A program made the position numbers and the translations under genes. This document shows, piece by piece, positions 43,014 to 52,211 of a DNA stretch of 64,000 nucleotides. Source of the stretch: an uncultured Pelagibacteraceae bacterium. GTDB lineage: Bacteria > Pseudomonadota > Alphaproteobacteria > Pelagibacterales > Pelagibacteraceae. How positions within the stretch are numbered: position 1 is the first letter of the stretch; every line of letters begins with the position of its first letter. The notes below the pieces were generated by a model. That model was not told the DNA's origin and ran no database searches. It was given only the letters and a program-made list of their open reading frames with translations. The stretch lies in contig CACHDJ010000002.1 of assembly GCA_902578525.1 (NCBI GenBank), forward strand, positions 8,699-72,698, written 5' to 3'.

Positions 43014-43184
43014 ATGATTTTAAATTATGAACCAGGTGACAAAGTCACTAATCCTCAAAAAAAAGAATGGGGTATTGGACAAGTTCAATCTATAATTAAT
43101 GATAAAGTAACAATTAATTTTGAAAATGCTGGAAAAAAAGTGATTAATGCCAAACATGTAGAGCTCAAAAAAATAGGAAAATAA
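43014..43184 (+). CDS. DUF3553-like small protein, 56 aa (not in ORF track)
   Basis: [56 protein letters not shown]. Confidence 0.8.
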   Translation: MILNYEPGDKVTNPQKKEWGIGQVQSIINDKVTINFENAGKKVINAKHVELKKIGK

Positions 43185-43186
43185 AA

Positions 43187-43951
43187 TTGAATTTAAAGAA
43201 TATTGTAAAAAATTTAATAGAAAGTTTTTTAACTGCAGGAGATTTAGCCCTAGAATTAAGAGAAAAAGGATTAACAAAAAAAATAAAATCAGACAATACG
43301 CCTGTAAGTAATGGCGACCTAGAAGTAAATAAATTTATTTCAAAGAAGATTAAAGAAATTACTCCTGACTTACCTATTATTTCAGAAGAAACATCTGAAA
43401 ATAAAAATAATTTAAGTCTAAAAGATTTTTGGCTTATCGATCCAATAGATGGAACTTATGATTATATTAATAACCTTGAAGAATTTACAATTAATGCTGG
43501 CCTAATTATTAACAGTAAACCAGTTGCTGGTTTAATTAATGCTCCTGCAAAAAAAAGAATGTTTTATTCATATGAGAAAGGTAATGCTTTTGAATTTAGT
43601 AAAGGTCAAACGGTAAATCTAAGCAATATACCTTCAAGGAAATCAGAAAACTTAAAATTTATTTCATATTCAAATAAAACGAAACCTGAAATTCAAAAAA
43701 TTTATGATGAGCTAGGTGTAAAAGAAAATATCAGGATGAAAAGCTCACTTAAATTTTGTGTAGTTGCTACTGGTGAATATGATGGTTATGTCGCTGAACC
43801 AAGAGCTTACGAATGGGATATAGCAGCAGGCCATGCGATTTTAGAACATTCAGGTGGAACAGTAACAGATTTTGAGGGAAACGAAATTTTATATGGTAAA
43901 AAAAATTTAAGAAATCCAAGTCTTATTTTAAAAAATAAAAATATTTTATAA
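43187..43951 (+). CDS. cysQ: 3'(2'),5'-bisphosphate nucleotidase
   Basis: KSDNTPV, ISEE, WLIDPIDGT, SSLKFC, EWDIAAG. Confidence 0.88.
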   Translation: MNLKNIVKNLIESFLTAGDLALELREKGLTKKIKSDNTPVSNGDLEVNKFISKKIKEITPDLPIISEETSENKNNLSLKDFWLIDPIDGTYDYINNLEEFTINAGLIINSKPVAGLINAPAKKRMFYSYEKGNAFEFSKGQTVNLSNIPSRKSENLKFISYSNKTKPEIQKIYDELGVKENIRMKSSLKFCVVATGEYDGYVAEPRAYEWDIAAGHAILEHSGGTVTDFEGNEILYGKKNLRNPSLILKNKNIL

Positions 43952-44094
43952 TGGATGAACAAATTAGAATAATACTAATAATCATTATTTCTGTTTCAAT
44001 TTTTGGGTTATTAGTTTTTGTGTTTGTAAAAAATTACTTAAAAGATAAAATAAATCATCTTGTTAAAGAGGACAAAAAAAATAAACTAAAGTAA
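43951..44094 (+). CDS. Small single-TM protein, 47 aa (not in ORF track)
   Basis: MDEQIRIILIIIISVSIFGLLVFVFVKNYLKDKINHLVKEDKKNKLK; ATG overlaps the cysQ stop. Confidence 0.6.
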   Translation: MDEQIRIILIIIISVSIFGLLVFVFVKNYLKDKINHLVKEDKKNKLK

Positions 44095-44649
44095 ATTTAT
44101 TATTTTTAAATATTCATTTTTTTCAATATCCATTACTTTTTTGGAGGTTTCAAAATCAAAACCATTTCTAGCAAGTAAGGAAATATCTTTTTTATAAAAT
44201 AAAGATCTATTGTCTTCTGTTCTTGCTGGGCCAATTCTTTTTTTTTTACATAATTTTATTGCTGAAAAAAAGTCTTGATCAGAATTATCTTCTCTTATTT
44301 TATTGACTGTCTCTTTAATAAATTCATCTTTAATTCCTTTTCCAAATAAATAACTTCTAATTTTATTAATTGAGTTTCCTCTTTGAATCATACTTTTAGC
44401 CTTACTTTCTGAATAAAATTTATCATTTATAAATTTATTTTTCTCTAAATCAGACAAAACGATATCAATTAAATTTGAAACATCTTGTTTTTTAACATTT
44501 GGTGAAGAAGTTTTTAAATATTTTTTTAAAAGATACGTTTTAAGCTGTTGTTTTGATGGTGCATATTTCTCAACATAAGTGAAGGCAAAATTTCTCATTT
44601 CATCGACCGTTACTTCTAATGATTTTTTTCTATTTCTTATAGGAATCAT
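44086..44649 (-). CDS. recX: RecX family regulator
   Basis: INDKFYSE, RG.S..KIRSYLFGKGI, KKRIGP, LARNGF. Confidence 0.8.
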   Translation of the reverse strand: MIPIRNRKKSLEVTVDEMRNFAFTYVEKYAPSKQQLKTYLLKKYLKTSSPNVKKQDVSNLIDIVLSDLEKNKFINDKFYSESKAKSMIQRGNSINKIRSYLFGKGIKDEFIKETVNKIREDNSDQDFFSAIKLCKKKRIGPARTEDNRSLFYKKDISLLARNGFDFETSKKVMDIEKNEYLKIINLL

Positions 44650-44677
44650 GCTTAGAATTAATATAATATATTTTAAA

Positions 44678-45151
44678 ATGATCGAAGAAATTTATAATTA
44701 TTTTAGCATTGAAATGCTTTACTATTGGGTAAATTTAGGAGTTATCCCTTTTTGGTTACTGCTAATTTTTTTTCCACAATCTAATCTTTCTAGATATTTT
44801 GTATCTTCAATATTTCCATTTTTTGTATTAAGTGGTGCTTATATTTTTGTTTTATATAAATCTTACCTTAACTCATTTGATTTTGTTAATAATTTTAGTC
44901 TATATCTTGGGATAGACAGCTTATCAGAATTATTTGATGATAAATTTTACTTAATGATGTTTTGGATACATTTTATATCAATAAACCTCTTTACTGGCGG
45001 CTGGATAGTAAAAGACTCTCAAAAGTTTTATATGAATAAGTTTCTAGTGGCTATACCATTGATTATTACTTATTTTATTGGTCCAATTGGTTTATTTTTT
45101 TATTGGATAATAAAAATTTTTTACGCCAAAAAAATAAGCTTACATGACTAA
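44678..45151 (+). CDS. ABA4-like / DUF4281 membrane protein
   Basis: PFWLLLIFFP, WIHFISINLFTG, GPIGL; start trimmed to 44678. Confidence 0.78.
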   Translation: MIEEIYNYFSIEMLYYWVNLGVIPFWLLLIFFPQSNLSRYFVSSIFPFFVLSGAYIFVLYKSYLNSFDFVNNFSLYLGIDSLSELFDDKFYLMMFWIHFISINLFTGGWIVKDSQKFYMNKFLVAIPLIITYFIGPIGLFFYWIIKIFYAKKISLHD

Positions 45152-45728
45152 GTCATTGGACTTTTACTTTGACTTTATCAGTCCATATTCATTTTTGGCT
45201 TATAAAAAATTAAAATCACTCAAACAAAATCATAAAATTGTTATTAACTATAAACCTATCTTGTTAGGTGGCCTACATAAACTGGGGGGTATAATTGCTC
45301 CAGCTTTTAACGAGCGCAAAATGAAAAATATGAAAAATGATTGTGAATTAGTTGCAACAAAAAATAATATTCAATTTAAGTGGAATGAGAGATTTCCTAT
45401 AAATTCTTTAAATTTAATGAGAGGATATTTAGCAATTGATATTAATTTAAAAGATAAGTTTTTTGATGTGTGCTTCGATGCCTATTGGAAGGAAAATATT
45501 GATATATCCAAAGAAGAGAATGTTGAAAATATTTTAAAAAATTGCGAAATTGATAAAAATTTTTTTTTAAAAGAAATTCAAAATCCAATAATTAAAGACA
45601 AATTAAAAGAATTAACAGAAGCAGCATTTAAAAAAGATATTTTCGGGGCTCCAACATTTATAGTTGGTAATAAAATTTTCTGGGGTCAGGATAGATTAGA
45701 TTATGCTTTAGAAGAATATTATTCTTAA
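45144..45728 (+). CDS. DsbA/HCCA-isomerase (GST-kappa-like) family protein
   Basis: FYFDFISPYS, PILLGG, FGAPTF, FWGQDRL. Confidence 0.88.
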   Translation: MTKSLDFYFDFISPYSFLAYKKLKSLKQNHKIVINYKPILLGGLHKLGGIIAPAFNERKMKNMKNDCELVATKNNIQFKWNERFPINSLNLMRGYLAIDINLKDKFFDVCFDAYWKENIDISKEENVENILKNCEIDKNFFLKEIQNPIIKDKLKELTEAAFKKDIFGAPTFIVGNKIFWGQDRLDYALEEYYS

Positions 45729-46108
45729 ATGATTTTAAACTTACTCTGTTTAATAGCACCAAATCCACCATCTATATGAGATACTTTTTCATAGCCCATA
45801 TCCTTAAGTGATTTTGCTGCTAGTGCTGATCTTAATCCACCAGCACAAAACAAAACCATCTCTTTATTTAAGTCAAGTTTTCCCTCTTTAAAATACATGC
45901 TCTCAGGGTCCAACCAAAATTCCAACATTCCTCTGGGTATATGGTTTGCTCCTTCAACTTGACCTTCTTTTTGAAGTTCTCTGATATCTCTAATATCAAT
46001 TAAATTACACTGATGATCATTTACTAATTTATATGCATTATCAGTAGAAATTGTCTTTACTTCTTTTAGTGCTTCAGAAACTAGAGTTTGAGATGATTTA
46101 ATTGCCAT
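45725..46108 (-). CDS. Rhodanese-domain protein
   Basis: IDIRDIRE, HIPRGMLEFW, FCAGGLRS, GGF. Confidence 0.9.
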   Translation of the reverse strand: MAIKSSQTLVSEALKEVKTISTDNAYKLVNDHQCNLIDIRDIRELQKEGQVEGANHIPRGMLEFWLDPESMYFKEGKLDLNKEMVLFCAGGLRSALAAKSLKDMGYEKVSHIDGGFGAIKQSKFKII

Positions 46109-46145
46109 AATATTGTAACTATTTATATCATAAATTTAAAATAAT

Positions 46146-47114
46146 ATGAAAAAACTTTTCATTAAACTTGCTAAAATATTGGGATTTGAAATTATTGATC
46201 AAAACAACTTTTCATCTCCTACTTTAAATAAAAAACTAAACGAAGATCTCTCAATTCTTAATGAAAAATCTATAATCCTACCATTAGGTGAAGTAAAAAT
46301 TTCAAGAAAAGTAAAATCAATTTTAATTATAATTAGGATGAATACTGAAATAGAAATCTGGGATCAAAATAAAAAAAGATTATTTGAACAACCAAAAATA
46401 GAATATTCTTATCGTTCAATTAATTCACTTATTAATTCAATTAATTCTTGTAGTAATAAATACCCAAATCTTAAAATAAAATCTATAATAATTGATGATA
46501 ATTCAAAAGAGGAAAACTTAAATAAAATTAAGAAATTAATAGAAGGTAAAAATATTGATATTTTGTCTATTGATTATGAAAAATATAAAAATAAAATTTT
46601 AGAACAAAAATCAAAAGATACTTTTTCTAATTTAGCTAGCTTATTGAATAGTTTTGAAATTGCTAAAAATCAAGGTGAAGATTTAATTTTTTTTGTGGAA
46701 GATGATTATCTTCATTTTGAAACAATGTTAGAGGAAATGATAGCTTCTTATGAGAGAATAGCCTCACAGATTGATAAAGATATTTTTATGTGTCCTTCAG
46801 ATTATCCCTATCTTTATATGGACAATGAAAAAACAAATATACTAATAGGTAATAAAAGACATTGGCGTACAATTAATAAAACGCTTTGTACTTTTATGAC
46901 TAGCAAAAATTTACTTGATAAATATTGGAAAAATTTCGAAAAAACTTGCTTAGATCGAAACGACCCTTTTGAAAAAAATATCAATGAAATTTATGAAAAG
47001 GAAATATGTATTTCCCCAATTAAAAGTTTATCTCTTCATTTAACTAATGTTAATTCTAGTTACGGTTTATCACCTTTTATTGATTACAAAAAATTGTGGG
47101 ACGAAAATAAATAA
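46146..47114 (+). CDS. Putative GT-A fold glycosyltransferase
   Basis: IIIDDNS and IFFVEDDYLH motifs. Confidence 0.6.
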   Translation: MKKLFIKLAKILGFEIIDQNNFSSPTLNKKLNEDLSILNEKSIILPLGEVKISRKVKSILIIIRMNTEIEIWDQNKKRLFEQPKIEYSYRSINSLINSINSCSNKYPNLKIKSIIIDDNSKEENLNKIKKLIEGKNIDILSIDYEKYKNKILEQKSKDTFSNLASLLNSFEIAKNQGEDLIFFVEDDYLHFETMLEEMIASYERIASQIDKDIFMCPSDYPYLYMDNEKTNILIGNKRHWRTINKTLCTFMTSKNLLDKYWKNFEKTCLDRNDPFEKNINEIYEKEICISPIKSLSLHLTNVNSSYGLSPFIDYKKLWDENK

Positions 47115-47141
47115 AAAAAGCCCCCGAGGGCGGGGGCTTTT
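47113..47141. terminator. Bidirectional intrinsic terminator between convergent genes
   Basis: AAAAAAAGCCCCCG-AGGG-CGGGGGCTTTT. Confidence 0.88.
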
Positions 47142-47232
47142 GTTGTTTTACTAACTAACTAACTTAAAGAGAGTTTAAGGGACTTTCCATTGAGAATCGC
47201 GGAGATACTAAGAACGAAAAGCCCCCTTATTG
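47113..47232 (-). ncRNA. Candidate structured RNA in the amtB 3' region
   Basis: GC-enriched ~120 nt; ~16-bp stem 47229-47213/47191-47176, GUUA repeats, then terminator. Confidence 0.4.
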
Positions 47233-47239
47233 TTAACAA

Positions 47240-48541
47240 TTAGTCTCGTATTGCATATGCAATTACACCTGTTTCAGTAACGTCAGTACCTTTAGTTTCT
47301 CCTTCTTTACTTAATCTGATACCGATAGTTGCTTTCATAATGCTCCATACAATTAATGCAGCCACAAAAACAAATATGTTTATTGAAAGTACTCCAATTA
47401 ATTGCGTACCAAATGTTGTATCTGGATTTGTTATTGGCACAGCCAAAGTCCCCCAAATACCTGCAAATAAGTGAGCTGGTATTGCACCTACTACATCATC
47501 AATTTTTAATGAAAATAATAGTTTAGTTCCATAAACTACTATCACACCACCAACTGCACCAATTAAAATTGCTGCTAAAGGTGAAGGCATTAAAGGTTCT
47601 GCAGTAATAGCTACAAGTCCACCAATACATCCATTAAGCATCTGTACAACATCAGTTTTACCAAATCCTAATCTAGTAACAGTCCCAGCAGCCATTACAC
47701 CACCAGCACCTGCTAAAAATGTATTCATAAATATTGTAGATACAGCTATTGCATCATCAGCAGTGCCCATAGCAAGTTGCGAACCACCATTAAATCCAAA
47801 CCAACCTAACCATAGAATAAACACCCCAAGCGTTACAAGCGGAATTGAAGATGCTGCAAATGGTTTCAGTGGCGCAGGGGCACCAGACTTAGTAAATCTT
47901 CCCAGTCTTGGTCCTAATAATATTGCACCAGCTAAAGCCGCAGCTCCACCAGTTGAGTGAACTAAAGTTGATCCAGCAAAATCGGAGAAGCCGATAGAAG
48001 CTAACCAGCCTCCACCCCACTGCCATCCCATTACTATTGGATATAAAATTCCAGATAAAATTGCTGCAAATAAGAAAAAAGGCCATAGCTTAATTCTTTC
48101 AGCTAAAGTTCCTGAAACAATTGATACTGTAGTGGCACAAAAAACCATTTGGAAATACCAATCTGAACCATCTGAGTAACCTGTGTCTACGGCACTAGAA
48201 TCGGACCAAGGAATAAAACTTCCTATATATCCACCTTCTGGAATGCCATAAGCAAGATTGTAACCAAACATCCAGAACATAATTCCGGAAATCGATATTA
48301 AACCTATATTTTTTGCACAAATTACGGATACACTTTTTGATGTAACCATGCCTGATTCTAACATTGCAAACCCACAAGCCATAAAAAATACAAGGAATCC
48401 GCAAATCAAAAACAGCAAAGTGTTAAAGATAAAACCTACTTCAGCAGAAACTGTGGTATCTGCCATACCCGCACTACTCATGTTTAATAAAAATATTAAA
48501 CTTATGAGCGGTACACTAATTTTATTTATTAATTTAGTCAT
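47240..48541 (-). CDS. amtB: Ammonium transporter
   Basis: GFAMLESG, DFAGSTLVH, WLGWFGFNGGS, IDDVVGAIPAH; GGAGG SD. Confidence 0.97.
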   Translation of the reverse strand: MTKLINKISVPLISLIFLLNMSSAGMADTTVSAEVGFIFNTLLFLICGFLVFFMACGFAMLESGMVTSKSVSVICAKNIGLISISGIMFWMFGYNLAYGIPEGGYIGSFIPWSDSSAVDTGYSDGSDWYFQMVFCATTVSIVSGTLAERIKLWPFFLFAAILSGILYPIVMGWQWGGGWLASIGFSDFAGSTLVHSTGGAAALAGAILLGPRLGRFTKSGAPAPLKPFAASSIPLVTLGVFILWLGWFGFNGGSQLAMGTADDAIAVSTIFMNTFLAGAGGVMAAGTVTRLGFGKTDVVQMLNGCIGGLVAITAEPLMPSPLAAILIGAVGGVIVVYGTKLLFSLKIDDVVGAIPAHLFAGIWGTLAVPITNPDTTFGTQLIGVLSINIFVFVAALIVWSIMKATIGIRLSKEGETKGTDVTETGVIAYAIRD

Positions 48542-48615
48542 TAAACCTCCCTTATTATTAAAATAGATTTATATTTTTATGATATGAAATAACTAACGTT
48601 GATTAGGAAAATTGG

Positions 48616-48634
48616 GTATGCATTATTTGCATAC
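48616..48634. promoter_or_regulatory. Palindromic candidate operator upstream of amtB
   Basis: GTATGCA-TTATT-TGCATAC perfect 7-bp IR. Confidence 0.45.
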
Positions 48635-48637
48635 AGC

Positions 48638-48675
48638 AACAGCCTTAATGCTTATTTTAAAACATTAAGGCTGTT
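48638..48675 (-). terminator. Stem-loop after the HU gene
   Basis: 13-bp IR AACAGCCTTAATG-N12-CATTAAGGCTGTT; no clear U tract. Confidence 0.6.
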
Positions 48676-48682
48676 AGAAAGA

Positions 48683-48958
48683 TTATTTATTAAATACTTC
48701 TTTTAAAGCTTTTGCTGGTAAGAATTTAACCTTTTGTGATGCAGCAATTTGAATTTGCTCACCAGTTCTAGGATTTCTTCCAACTCGAGCTTTTCTTTTA
48801 GCTACTTTGTAGGTTCCAAATCCAGCAATTTTGACTGAGTCATCTCCTTTTAAAGCATCTAAAATAGTGTTGGTAATTGTGTCAAAAGTTCTTTCAGCAT
48901 CTGCTTTGCTAAGATTTAAAGCTCCTGAAAGTTTAACAATTAGTTGTTTTTTGTTCAT
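48683..48958 (-). CDS. hup: DNA-binding protein HU
   Basis: MNKKQLI, GFGTY, ARVGRNPRTGE, KFLPAKALKE. Confidence 0.95.
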   Translation of the reverse strand: MNKKQLIVKLSGALNLSKADAERTFDTITNTILDALKGDDSVKIAGFGTYKVAKRKARVGRNPRTGEQIQIAASQKVKFLPAKALKEVFNK

Positions 48959-49114
48959 TTTAGCTCCGGTTTTATTAGGTTATTTCCATTTTTGCCAAAA
49001 GTGTTGACAAATCAAGACTTTTTTTAGTGTCTGATTAAAAGTTATACACAATATGTTGTAAAATACTAAATAAGTGTTGATTTTACTGGTTTTTTATAAA
49101 AAAAATTTTTTAAC

Positions 49115-50227
49115 TTATTTAAATAAACCTAGGTCCTTAAGATCATTAAAGGTTGTGAAAAACATCAGTGATAGCAATAAAAACAACCCGATTCGAAAAA
49201 AACCCTCCTGAGTTTTTTGAGACAAAGGACGTCCTAAAACTTTTTCGAAGGCATAAAACATCAAATGTCCTCCATCTAACATTGGAATAGGAAATAAATT
49301 TACCAAACCAAGACTAATAGAAATGTATGCCATCATACTAATAAAAGCCAAAACTCCAAATTCAGCAACTTGACCTGAAATTTTTGCAATTCTAATTGGA
49401 CCGCCTAATTGAGATGTATCAGCTTTACCAAAAATCATTGCGCCTAAATATTTTAAAGATGAAATACTTACATAATATACCTCGTGAGCTGCATGATAAA
49501 TTGCTTGAGCAGGACCTAATTTTACATGGTTAATTTCATTATTATAAGCACCTAGTTTTATTCCTACCATTCTCTTATTAATCTTATTCCCAAGATTATC
49601 TTCACTTAAAACTGTAATGGGTTTAATCTTTAATAATAATTCATCATAGGAACGTTTTACTTTAAAATCTATAACATCAGAAGTTGACATTGTAATATAT
49701 TTTGAAACATCCATTATACTTTTAACTTTGTTTTCATCTATTTCTAAAATAATATCATTTTGTTTTAATCCACCAATCATTGCAGGGCTATCTTTTTGAA
49801 CTTCATTAATTACGGCAGGTGTAAAATCTTTTCCAACAAATGAATAAATTGAAAAAAATATCACTAAAGCTAATAAAAAATTAGCCAATGGTCCTCCAAA
49901 AACTATTAAAACTCTTTGATATAAAGGCTTTAAGACAAATAATTTTTGGCGATCCTCCTCATTGTATTTTTCCAGTAATTTCTGTTGATCTGCTTGTGAA
50001 AATACATTTCGATCACCGAAAAATTTGACATAGCCGCCTAATGGAATCCAACAAATTTTCCATCTTGTTCCAGATTTATCATTCCATCCAAAAATTTCTT
50101 GACCAAAACCAATTGAAAAATCAGTAACACCAACTCCATATTTTTTCGCAAAATAATAATGTCCATATTCATGAATAAAAACTACTACTAATATTAAAAC
50201 GATAAATGGTAATATATAACTTAACAT
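49115..50227 (-). CDS. rseP: RIP metalloprotease RseP
   Basis: HEYGH, IPLGGYVKF, PDZ region, NLFPIPMLDGGH. Confidence 0.95.
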   Translation of the reverse strand: MLSYILPFIVLILVVVFIHEYGHYYFAKKYGVGVTDFSIGFGQEIFGWNDKSGTRWKICWIPLGGYVKFFGDRNVFSQADQQKLLEKYNEEDRQKLFVLKPLYQRVLIVFGGPLANFLLALVIFFSIYSFVGKDFTPAVINEVQKDSPAMIGGLKQNDIILEIDENKVKSIMDVSKYITMSTSDVIDFKVKRSYDELLLKIKPITVLSEDNLGNKINKRMVGIKLGAYNNEINHVKLGPAQAIYHAAHEVYYVSISSLKYLGAMIFGKADTSQLGGPIRIAKISGQVAEFGVLAFISMMAYISISLGLVNLFPIPMLDGGHLMFYAFEKVLGRPLSQKTQEGFFRIGLFLLLSLMFFTTFNDLKDLGLFK

Positions 50228-50236
50228 TTCTTTAAA

Positions 50237-51037
50237 TTAGGCAACTTTTAAATAATCTAACCAATTTTTTAGTTCTAACATTCTTGATTCTTTTTCAGAA
50301 ACTTTTATCTCATTTTCAATAAAATTGATATGTTTTTGAATTTCTTTTTCATCTTTAAAACATTTTCTTACATTTATTAATTTATCTTTTCTAAATTTTA
50401 TTAATGTTATCATTTTATGATATGTAATTTCTGGGTGATATTGTAATCCCCAAATATCACTTACACCTGTTTTAAAATTAATACTTTGAATCTTATTAAT
50501 CTTATTTGATGCTAAGTGAACTGCACCTTCGGGCAAAGAGACAACTTCATCAAAATTAAAAGCAGGCGAATTAAATTCCCTATTTTTTGATTTATATAAA
50601 GGATGATTAATTCCATTTTCATTTATTTTTATATTATTAGCGATACCAATATGAGCACCATTATTTGATTTTTTTACTGTTCCTCCTGCTGCAGTGACAG
50701 CAACTTGCATACCCCAACAAATAGCTAAAATTTTTTTTATATTTTTAAAACATTCTCTCATAAAAGAAATTTGTCTTTTAATTTCTATACAATCATTATA
50801 AATATTCAAACTACTGCCACCCCATATTAATCCATGATATTTTTTAATCTTAGGTAATACTTTGTCAAAATTTTTTTCTGAGCACGGATTAAAAACATCA
50901 ATATTTAAATCTTTAGTGTAATATGAGAGACTTTCTTTTAAACTCTCAGCATGTGTTGGTATTCCGTTTTGTTTAAAACTTTCATTTTCTGTTTGTATGT
51001 TTCCCTCAACAATTAATAAATTTAATTTTTTCATCAA
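50237..51037 (-). CDS. Class I glutamine amidotransferase-like protein
   Basis: ICWGMQ (nucleophile Cys), QYHPE (His-Glu). Confidence 0.85.
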   Translation of the reverse strand: MMKKLNLLIVEGNIQTENESFKQNGIPTHAESLKESLSYYTKDLNIDVFNPCSEKNFDKVLPKIKKYHGLIWGGSSLNIYNDCIEIKRQISFMRECFKNIKKILAICWGMQVAVTAAGGTVKKSNNGAHIGIANNIKINENGINHPLYKSKNREFNSPAFNFDEVVSLPEGAVHLASNKINKIQSINFKTGVSDIWGLQYHPEITYHKMITLIKFRKDKLINVRKCFKDEKEIQKHINFIENEIKVSEKESRMLELKNWLDYLKVA

Positions 51038-52197
51038 AATAATTTTCCTGACATACTATATTGATACAATTTTCTTATATCATTTATAGTTAATTTTTTA
51101 GGATTACCGTTTGTCGAGGGATCATTTAAAGCCATTCCGCATAACCTTTCAAGTTGCATATCTTTCTCATCAATAACTTCTGACAGCTTATGGGGTATTT
51201 CTAATTCTTTTCTTAAATATAAAATCCAATTTAGAAATCCATCGAAAGATTTATCATCTATTTCAATATATTGACATATTTTATTTATTTTACCTTTGAT
51301 TTCATCTCTATTAAAAGTCAAAACATATGGCATAAATATTGCATTAGATAAACCATGATGTAAGTTATTTAGTGCATTAACAGGATGACTCAAAGAATGT
51401 ATTCCACCTAAACCTTTTTGAAAAGCTGTTGAACCCATACTTGATGCTGTTAACATATTCATTCTTGCTTCAATGTTAGATCCATTTTTAAAAGCTTCTA
51501 AAAGCCATTTCTTAATTAATCTAATTCCTTCTAGAGCTATCCCATCAGCCATGGGATGAAATCCAGGTGCACAATATGCTTCAAGATTATGAGCTAACGC
51601 ATCCATTCCAGTTGCTGCAGTCATTTTTTTAGGTAAGTTTTTTGTTAAAATAGGATCTAAAATTACAATTGATGGTAAAAATTTAGGATGAAATATAATT
51701 TTTTTAACTCCTATTTCTTCGTTTAAGATTACAGAGGCTCGTCCAGTCTCAGATCCTGTTCCAGCCGTAGTTGGTACTGCAACAATAGGTGCAATTTTGT
51801 CTGAATTAGCTTTAGTCCAATTATCTCCTGAATCTTCAAATTCCCATAATGATAATGTCTGACCTGCCATGAAAGCAATAGCCTTGCCCACATCCAAACC
51901 ACTTCCACCTCCAAAAGCTATTACACCGTCACATTTATTTTTTTTAAAAAATTCAACTCCGCTATTAACATTATCTCCGGTTGGATTTCCAACTACCTTT
52001 GAAAATAGTTTAACTGAAAAACCTTCTGTATTTAAATTTAAGATAACATCTCTAACTAAGTCATTTTTTGCCAAACCATTGTCAGTTACTAATAATGGTT
52101 TATTAATCTTTAACTTTTTACAAGCTATACCTAGATCTTTAACTCTATTTTCTCCAATCCACATTTCTGTCGGATAATTCCAATTAACTTTTTGCAT
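51034..52197 (-). CDS. Iron-containing alcohol dehydrogenase
   Basis: GGGSGLD, PTTAGTGSE, DALAHNLE, HSLSH, HHG. Confidence 0.92.
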   Translation of the reverse strand: MQKVNWNYPTEMWIGENRVKDLGIACKKLKINKPLLVTDNGLAKNDLVRDVILNLNTEGFSVKLFSKVVGNPTGDNVNSGVEFFKKNKCDGVIAFGGGSGLDVGKAIAFMAGQTLSLWEFEDSGDNWTKANSDKIAPIVAVPTTAGTGSETGRASVILNEEIGVKKIIFHPKFLPSIVILDPILTKNLPKKMTAATGMDALAHNLEAYCAPGFHPMADGIALEGIRLIKKWLLEAFKNGSNIEARMNMLTASSMGSTAFQKGLGGIHSLSHPVNALNNLHHGLSNAIFMPYVLTFNRDEIKGKINKICQYIEIDDKSFDGFLNWILYLRKELEIPHKLSEVIDEKDMQLERLCGMALNDPSTNGNPKKLTINDIRKLYQYSMSGKLF

Positions 52198-52211
52198 TTG
52201 GCTTTAAAATA

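Noticed and set aside
43020-43277. 85-aa minus-strand ORF
   Set aside because: Antisense to the DUF3553-like gene and the cysQ start
47149-47164. (CTAA)n microsatellite as a contingency repeat or CRISPR remnant
   Set aside because: Only about 3.5 units, non-coding, no spacers or cas genes; treated as part of the RNA candidate
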